From positions 11,215 to 43,214 of the forward strand of contig JBAZRV010000006.1 of NCBI GenBank assembly GCA_041662745.1: a stretch of DNA of 32,000 bases, written 5' to 3'. Positions 26,515 through 32,000 of this stretch are shown here, piece by piece; position 1 is the first letter of the stretch; the number at the start of each line of letters is the position of its first letter. This stretch comes from Patescibacteria group bacterium. Its GTDB lineage: Bacteria > Patescibacteriota > Patescibacteriia > 2-01-FULL-39-33. The notes under the pieces are model-generated. The model searched no databases. It was not told the origin of the DNA and saw only the letters and a list, made by a program, of their open reading frames with translations. A program made the position numbers and the translations under genes.

Positions 26515-26614
26515 TTTACTGTATTATCTATCAATAGTTTACTGTACTATCTATCAATAGTTTACTGTATTATCTATCAATAGTTTACTGTACTATCTGG
26601 CAATAGTTTACTGT
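26510..26614 (+). repeat. Tandem repeat, 23 nt unit AATAGTTTACTGTAYTATCTATC, about 4.6 copies
   Basis: Unit starts at 26510, 26533, 26556, 26579 and 26602; the first copy includes the TAG stop of the upstream gene. Confidence 0.95.
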
Positions 26615-26649
26615 CATTCCTGGCTTGACCAGGAATCCAGGTTAAATTT

Positions 26650-26943
26650 ATGGCTAAGTATTATTATCTTTACATTTTAGCCAGCGAGAGAAACGGTACG
26701 CTATATATCGGCGTAACTAACAATCTTCTTAAAAGAGTTTGGGAACATAAAAACAAATTTGTTCAGGGATTTACTAACAAATATACAGTTGATAAATTAG
26801 TATATTACGAGATCTTTGAAGATATAAATGAAGCGATACTAAGAGAAACGCAAATGAAAAGATGGAAAAGAGAATGGAAAATAGAATTAATAGAAAAAGA
26901 TAATACGGAATGGATTGATTTATACGAAGAAATGTCAAAATAA
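26650..26943 (+). CDS. Stand-alone GIY-YIG nuclease domain protein
   Basis: YYYLYILASERNGTLYIGVTNNLLKRVWEHK...FTNKYTVDKLVYYE...ETQMKRWKREWKIELIE. Confidence 0.93.
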   Translation: MAKYYYLYILASERNGTLYIGVTNNLLKRVWEHKNKFVQGFTNKYTVDKLVYYEIFEDINEAILRETQMKRWKREWKIELIEKDNTEWIDLYEEMSK

Positions 26944-26954
26944 AAATAAATCTA

Positions 26955-26990
26955 ATTATTAACCTGGATTCCTGCTTTCGCAGGAATGAC
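26955..26990 (-). repeat. Palindromic repeat family A, right inverted copy
   Basis: ATTATTAACCTGGATTCCTGCTTTCGCAGGAATGAC. Confidence 0.9.
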
Positions 26991-27080
26991 AAAAGGAGGG
27001 TAGGAATGACAAAAGGAGGGTAGGAATGACAAAAGGAGGACAGGAATGACAAAAGGAGGGTAGGAATGACAAGGGGGTGC
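26981..27080 (+). repeat. Tandem repeat, 20 nt unit YAGGAATGACAAAAGGAGGG, about 4.5 copies
   Basis: Units at 26981, 27001, 27021, 27041 and a decayed one at 27061; the unit contains the terminal GGAATGAC of the adjacent family A copy. Confidence 0.95.
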
Positions 27081-27110
27081 GGGAATAAAAAATATACAAT
27101 AGAATAAATA

Positions 27111-27590
27111 ATGATTACCGTATTCAATAAACTTAATTATTTGCGCAGCAACAGAATCACGCAGGTGAAGCTGCCGATTTCCGCCGTGGCTCAGGAGCTG
27201 TCCGCGGCGCTTTTGATTGCCGCTGATTGTAATAAACGCCAAGAGTTAGGCGAATTACTGCTGGATGAACTCTGCGACTTGGCGCAAATAACTATTGTCA
27301 GCTTAACGGTCAACGACAGCAATCAGCAGCACCGTCGCCGCAACGGGCGCATCATCATGAAACGTTTCGGCTTGTACAAAGTGCGGGAAAAAATCATCCG
27401 CATTGAAAACCGTACGGCGGCGCGCGGGCAAATAATCTCTCCTAAAAGTTTCTTGGATACTTTGTTGCATGAGTGGTTGCACCACTATGATTTCCAGAAA
27501 CTGAAACTTAATTCCATCCACTCCAGAGGTTTTTACAACCGCTTTAATGACTTAAAAGAAAAACTGCAGATACCAAAAATGAGCCGATAA
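27111..27590 (+). CDS. SprT-like minimal zinc metallopeptidase
   Basis: FLDTLLHEWLHHYDFQKLKLNSIHSRGFYNRFNDLKEKL: HExxH plus downstream His. Confidence 0.75.
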   Translation: MITVFNKLNYLRSNRITQVKLPISAVAQELSAALLIAADCNKRQELGELLLDELCDLAQITIVSLTVNDSNQQHRRRNGRIIMKRFGLYKVREKIIRIENRTAARGQIISPKSFLDTLLHEWLHHYDFQKLKLNSIHSRGFYNRFNDLKEKLQIPKMSR

Positions 27591-27601
27591 CGGCTCTTTT
27601 T
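27581..27601 (+). terminator. Terminator overlapping the metallopeptidase stop codon
   Basis: GAGCCG ATAA CGGCTC TTTTT; the TAA stop lies in the loop. Confidence 0.8.
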
Positions 27602-27666
27602 GTTTAATTTTAAACATTTTTCAGTTACCGATAACCGCCCTTATTTTCCCAAATAATAAACATAAA

Positions 27667-27697
27667 ATAAAAAAACCGGCTTAATGCCGGAATTTTT
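27667..27697. terminator. Hairpin CCGGC TTAAT GCCGG flanked by A and T runs (tyrS end)
   Basis: AAAAAAACCGGCTTAATGCCGGAATTTTTTA. Confidence 0.75.
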
Positions 27698-28935
27698 TAT
27701 TTGCTTTTTACCTTTACAAACTGTCTTCGGCCCCGTTGCAACAATAATCCGTCAGCGGGAATAATCGTCTCAAATTCATGATGCGCCACCAGTTGGTCGT
27801 CTATCTTTAACGCTTTCTCCTTAATCAGACGTCTGGCCTCGCTGGACGAAGCAACCAGTCCCGCCCGCAGAAACAAATCAGTCACGCCGATTTTACCCTT
27901 CACGGCCACTGCAATCTCCGGCACCTCTGCCGGTTTTTCTTTTTCCTGCACCACCCGCTTAAAATATTCCCGGCCTTTCTCGGCCGCCTGTTTCCCTAAA
28001 TATATCTCTACTATGTCATAAGCCAAATCCATCTTGGCGTCGCGGGGGTTAATGGCTCCAGACTTCAGTTTAGCCGCCGCCGCCTTAACCAGCTCCATGG
28101 GCGCATCAGTCAGAATCTCCAGGGCCGGCACGATCATTTCATCGGTCCAGCTCATCACTTTACCGAACATATCTTCAGGTTTATCGGTTAAAGCGATCAT
28201 ATTGCCCTCGGTCTTGCCCATCTTTTTCCCCGTCGGATCAGCCAACAGTTTCAACGTCAAAACGCATTTCTCCTTATTTTTCATCTTTTTCATCAGCGCG
28301 CGTCCGGCTAACATATTGAACATCTGATCATTGCCGCCGATTTCCAAATCCACATCCAGGGCCACCGAATCATACGCTTGCATCAAAGGATACATGAATT
28401 CGTTCAAATACAAATCCTTGCCTTCGGCCAATCTTTTCTGGAACATGTCGCGCGCCAGCATCTGTTGAGCGGTAAAATAAGAAGTCAACTGAAGGATATG
28501 GGAAAAATTCAGCCGTGACAGCCAGGAGTAATTATTCTTAAACAGAGTCTTTCTGGTATCAATCAGGTTGGCGATCTGCTTCTTCCACCCCTTCATATTG
28601 GCCCGAACCTGCATCGCGGTCAGCGCCTTGCGCGCCTGCGCCTTATCCGTCGGATCGCCGATCATGGCCGTAAAGCCGCCAAACAAAAAAATCACTTCAT
28701 GACCCAAGCGCTGGAATTGCGCCAGCTTGCGGATGGTCATGCCATGGCCCAAATGCAAAGAAGTGGCCGTCGGATCAAAACCGCAATACAAACGGATTTT
28801 TTTACCGGATAAAAGCAATTTTTGCAAAGTTTCTTTGTCAGGAAAAATCTGTTCTACTCCGCGAGTCAAAACATCATCAATTATTTTTTTATCAATAATA
28901 ACTTTGTTGCTCCGATATTTGATTAAGTGCCTCAT
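27697..28935 (-). CDS. tyrS: Tyrosyl-tRNA synthetase
   Basis: CGFDPTATSLHLGHGMTIRKL, KMGKTEGN, C-terminal S4 domain. Confidence 0.96.
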   Translation of the reverse strand: MRHLIKYRSNKVIIDKKIIDDVLTRGVEQIFPDKETLQKLLLSGKKIRLYCGFDPTATSLHLGHGMTIRKLAQFQRLGHEVIFLFGGFTAMIGDPTDKAQARKALTAMQVRANMKGWKKQIANLIDTRKTLFKNNYSWLSRLNFSHILQLTSYFTAQQMLARDMFQKRLAEGKDLYLNEFMYPLMQAYDSVALDVDLEIGGNDQMFNMLAGRALMKKMKNKEKCVLTLKLLADPTGKKMGKTEGNMIALTDKPEDMFGKVMSWTDEMIVPALEILTDAPMELVKAAAAKLKSGAINPRDAKMDLAYDIVEIYLGKQAAEKGREYFKRVVQEKEKPAEVPEIAVAVKGKIGVTDLFLRAGLVASSSEARRLIKEKALKIDDQLVAHHEFETIIPADGLLLQRGRRQFVKVKSK

Positions 28936-28936
28936 A

Positions 28937-29887
28937 TTATTTTTTTTCTCCCCAATCGGGAGTCGCCACTTTGCCTTTTTTGGCAGCTAAGTATTTATAA
29001 GCGGACAAGGCGGCCTTGGCGCCCTCACCGGCGGCGATCGTCATTTGTTTGAATCCTACATCCGTGCAATCGCCGGCGGCAAATATTCCGAGCTGACTAG
29101 TAGTTCCGACTTTATCGGTAATAATTTCTTTACGTTCATTTAGTTTGACCGTATCCTTAATCCAATCGGTCTTGGGACTAAAACCGATTTCCACAAAAAT
29201 ACCGTCCACCGCCAATTCTTTCTCTTTATTGGTTTGCAAATCATTATATTTAAGGCCGGTAACTTTGTCAGAACCGACGACTGCCGTTACTTTCAGGCCA
29301 CAAATCACCTGCACGTTCTGGAGCGCCTTGACCCCTGCCACCAAAGCCGCATCAGCCACCGCATTACAAGAATCGGATAACAAATAAACCTGCTTAACCA
29401 CGCGAGACAGATACTCGGCGGCTTCCGATGCCGAATTGCCGCCGCCTATTACCGCTACGGTTTTATTCCTAAACAACGGGCCGTCGCAAGTGGCGCAATA
29501 GGACACGCCGCGGCCGGTCAATTCTTTTTCCTGCGGTACGCCCAGATCGCGCGGCGTTAAGCCGAAAGCCAAAATCACCGCCTCGGCCTGATATTCGGTT
29601 TGCGCGGTCTTTACGGCAAAAGTACCGGTATTTTCCTTGACGCTCTGCGCCTCGTCAGAGACAAACTCAACGCCCCACTTATCGGCTTGAACTTTCATCC
29701 TTTGCGTCAGTTCCAAACCGGTCGTGGATTCGGTGCCCGGCCAATTCTGCACTTCGTGCGCCAGAGCGGCTTGGCCGCCGACGGCTTTGGCAATCACCAA
29801 AACCTTTAACTCGCGCCGGCGAGCATAAATTGACGCGGTCAATCCGGCCGGACCACCGCCGATTATGATAACATCATAGTTAGACAT
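28937..29887 (-). CDS. trxB: Thioredoxin reductase
   Basis: GGGPAGLTASIYARR, CATCDGP redox motif, GGGNSASEAAEYL, GIFAAGDCTD. Confidence 0.95.
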   Translation of the reverse strand: MSNYDVIIIGGGPAGLTASIYARRRELKVLVIAKAVGGQAALAHEVQNWPGTESTTGLELTQRMKVQADKWGVEFVSDEAQSVKENTGTFAVKTAQTEYQAEAVILAFGLTPRDLGVPQEKELTGRGVSYCATCDGPLFRNKTVAVIGGGNSASEAAEYLSRVVKQVYLLSDSCNAVADAALVAGVKALQNVQVICGLKVTAVVGSDKVTGLKYNDLQTNKEKELAVDGIFVEIGFSPKTDWIKDTVKLNERKEIITDKVGTTSQLGIFAAGDCTDVGFKQMTIAAGEGAKAALSAYKYLAAKKGKVATPDWGEKK

Positions 29888-30200
29888 ATTTTTCTATTTC
29901 CGCCTTTAACTGTTCTTTGCCCTGCAAACCCATCATGGTATTTCTCACTTCCCCGTTCTTAAAAACGATCAAAGTCGGTATGGACATTACGTTATATTTG
30001 CCGGCGGTCGCGGGATTAGCGTCAACATCCATGGCGCCCACTTTGGCCTTGTCGCCGATTTCCTTGGCCAACTCCTCAATAATCGGCCCCTGCATCTTAC
30101 ATGGACCGCACCAAGCGGCAAAAAAATCAACTAATACGACTTTATCGCTTTTTAATACCTCAACCTCAAAATTAGCATCGGTAAAAATAATTTCTGACAT
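29880..30200 (-). CDS. trxA: Thioredoxin
   Basis: VDFFAAWCGPCKMQGPIIEELAKE; overlaps trxB by 8 nt. Confidence 0.95.
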   Translation of the reverse strand: MSEIIFTDANFEVEVLKSDKVVLVDFFAAWCGPCKMQGPIIEELAKEIGDKAKVGAMDVDANPATAGKYNVMSIPTLIVFKNGEVRNTMMGLQGKEQLKAEIEKYV

Positions 30201-30287
30201 AAAATTATAATTAATAATGAATAAACCCCGTTAAATAACGCCGGCGCTTAACTGTTCCTTGCCCCGCATTTAACAAGCTGAATCTTA

Positions 30288-32000
30288 TCATTCTCCGTTT
30301 CCCAGGTCAACCGGAGGGGCAGCCGTAACTTCTGGAACACTGTCCGCCTGAACCGGATCCAAAATAGTCAATTCATCAACCGCCGGAGCGGCCTCAGGAT
30401 TGGACGACTCGCCAGTGCTTGTATCTGCCGGCTGAATTGTTTCCGTGACCTCGGAATCGGTTGTCCCGTCCGCTCCCAAAACGACCGGCGATCCGATAAC
30501 ATTAGTGACTAACGGCGAGGTGGAACTGGCAAAAAACGGATTACTGCTGGAAGACTCTGATAGCGTTGAAGAGGCATTTTGCAATAAAATCGGCGAACTG
30601 CTGCTTAGAACAACATTTATTTGATCGGTGATGCTTAAATCATTAACAGCTTCTTCCTGATCGGCAACCACGCCATCATCCTTAACCGCCATGGCATGCC
30701 AATTAAACCTCAGCTCTTCCGTAAACGGCAAATCAACCGCCATAATAAAGCCGGTAGAACTCTGCGCTTCTACCCAATAGCTGTGCCCGGAAATATTGAG
30801 CAGGGGAGTTAAAGTGATTATCGGATCCACATCATAGGGCTTGGCAAAATAAACTGTGGTGGAAGTTGCCCCTGCCGGTAACTTAACCGTACCGGCCGCA
30901 TCCTTATCCAGATAAATATGATCCTTAAATACGACTTTTGATTCAAATCCCGCCTCGCCGATAACCGTGATGGTGCCGTAGAAAGCGGCGGCGGAATTGA
31001 CCGCTAATGAATCCAACACTTCTAAACCATCAAGCGGGGAGTCGTCAACGATCAGATTGAAACTCGTACTGGAAGCGATGGCTTCTGACAATTGAGCGGA
31101 TAAAACCCCGAGTTCCTGTTCCTGGCGCTGAGCCAGTTGCAATAAATAAAAGGGCAAATGATCGGCGCGGTAACCCTTGGTTAGGCCATCATCAATATAT
31201 AACTCCGGCAAGGCGTCCCTGATTTCTTCGGCAATCAAACCGAAATCTGTTTGCCCGGTCTGCTTCCAAACAAATGATTTTACTTGCAGTCCCAGCAGAG
31301 CATCAATATTCAAACTGGTATCAATAATATCGTCTTTATATTCTCCGGATGAGGGATTGACGTTGGTCAGGGTCCCATTATTGGAATAAACGGCGCCGTT
31401 AGTATTCAAAGTGGCGATAGTTACGCTTTTATTCTCCGCATTGAAAGTTACAAACGGGCTTTCTGAATTATAATCCAACCAATTATAACTTTGAGCGCCC
31501 TGAAAATAAAAGGGGGCGGTATTAATCATTCCGTTTCCATTAAGCGCCAACACTTCATCAGCCTCCTTATCCAGAATGACTAAACCGCTATAGTCCTTGC
31601 CCAGCTTCTCGGCTTCAGTAATCCGCCAATTATTGGCGAAGACCAAATCGCCGGAGTAGACGGTTGTGCCATGGATAGTCCCCGTCACATCCAGATTCCC
31701 GGCCATTGTTGAGGTGCCGGTGCCGGAAAACACGTAGTCACCACTGACTGAAAGGGTTAAATCGTTCCCATTGACATTATAGATGTTTAAAGCATTAGTG
31801 GAAGTAGAAAATGAAAGCGCGAGCATATTCAGAGTATCGGCGAAGTCAGCGGCGGCGAAATTAATTGCCGGGTCTCCGCTTTCTTCAAGCAAGGTGAGAT
31901 TGTCATAAAATCCGCCGATATTGCTTGCCCAAGCATTGGGACTGGAAAAGCGAATCATCGGTATGGGACCGTTAAGTGTCCCTCCGCTGACATTTAATTG
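30288..32000 (-). CDS. Surface or fibre-like protein with internal S74 (endosialidase chaperone) domain; 5' end beyond window
   Basis: NPSSGEYKDDIIDTSLNIDALLGLQVKSFVWKQTGQTDFGLIAEEIRDALPEL. The frame is open upstream of the listed Met (QLNVSGGTLNGPIP-MIRFSS) to the window edge. Confidence 0.8.
   Translation of the reverse strand, partial: QLNVSGGTLNGPIPMIRFSSPNAWASNIGGFYDNLTLLEESGDPAINFAAADFADTLNMLALSFSTSTNALNIYNVNGNDLTLSVSGDYVFSGTGTSTMAGNLDVTGTIHGTTVYSGDLVFANNWRITEAEKLGKDYSGLVILDKEADEVLALNGNGMINTAPFYFQGAQSYNWLDYNSESPFVTFNAENKSVTIATLNTNGAVYSNNGTLTNVNPSSGEYKDDIIDTSLNIDALLGLQVKSFVWKQTGQTDFGLIAEEIRDALPELYIDDGLTKGYRADHLPFYLLQLAQRQEQELGVLSAQLSEAIASSTSFNLIVDDSPLDGLEVLDSLAVNSAAAFYGTITVIGEAGFESKVVFKDHIYLDKDAAGTVKLPAGATSTTVYFAKPYDVDPIITLTPLLNISGHSYWVEAQSSTGFIMAVDLPFTEELRFNWHAMAVKDDGVVADQEEAVNDLSITDQINVVLSSSSPILLQNASSTLSESSSSNPFFASSTSPLVTNVIGSPVVLGADGTTDSEVTETIQPADTSTGESSNPEAAPAVDELTILDPVQADSVPEVTAAPPVDLGNGE

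Larger units (their letters stand above)
26613..26990 (+). mobile_element. Candidate GIY-YIG unit bracketed by inverted palindromic repeats
   Basis: GTCATTCCTGG..GGAATCCAGGTTAA at 26613-26645 and TTAACCTGGATTCC...GGAATGAC at 26959-26990 in opposite orientation around one ORF. Mobility is inferred. Confidence 0.45.

Noticed and set aside
26510-27080. Possible CRISPR-like arrays because of short direct repeats
   Set aside because: Units are contiguous (23 nt and 20 nt) with no unique spacers, and there are no cas genes in the window. These are simple tandem repeats.
26774-27242. Minus-strand ORFs rich in SYPPFVIPTLLLSF repeats
   Set aside because: They are produced by the 20 nt tandem repeat and the antisense of the GIY-YIG gene; not real proteins.
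25426-27590. Toxin-antitoxin or restriction system around the GIY-YIG and metallopeptidase genes
   Set aside because: The flanking genes look like an RNA methylase and a SprT-like peptidase; no paired antitoxin, specificity or helicase gene is present.
30288-32000. Phage or prophage origin suggested by the S74 domain
   Set aside because: No other phage-like genes nearby; the neighbours are trxA, trxB and tyrS, and S74-containing surface proteins occur outside phages.

Overview
This 32 kb window looks like ordinary bacterial housekeeping DNA, probably from a small-genome Candidate Phyla Radiation (Patescibacteria)-like organism; that assignment is inferred from gene style only. Recognisable genes are lgt, rpsO-pnp, an Mg2+-type P-ATPase, smc, a tandem metallophosphoesterase, polA, a phosphotransferase and histidine phosphatase pair, a TrmB-type regulator, holA, rlmN, rpsT, tRNA-Leu(UAG), a secreted Cys-rich TSP1-like protein, a Trm11/TrmG10-like methylase, a small GIY-YIG protein, a SprT-like metallopeptidase, tyrS-trxB-trxA and an S74-type surface protein that runs off the right edge. 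I see no canonical defence island, CRISPR array or transposase. The most interesting signals are: (1) a 378 bp unit in which a stand-alone GIY-YIG ORF is bracketed by inverted copies of a palindromic GTCATTCC...GGAATCCAGGTTAA repeat, with each outer side joined to a different short tandem array, and with related copies elsewhere including one in frame inside polA; (2) a second, unrelated 22 nt palindrome (ACTGTCGAAAATTTTCGACAGT) in the same reading frame in both polA and the Trm-like methylase; (3) a ~500 nt non-coding, hairpin-rich locus with a strong sigma70-like promoter and a strong terminator just upstream of the Mg2+ ATPase gene, which I could not match to a known RNA; (4) a metallophosphoesterase with a fused degenerate second copy; (5) promoter layouts suggesting leaderless lgt mRNA and a shared -35 divergent promoter; (6) a long imperfect hairpin in the pnp leader.
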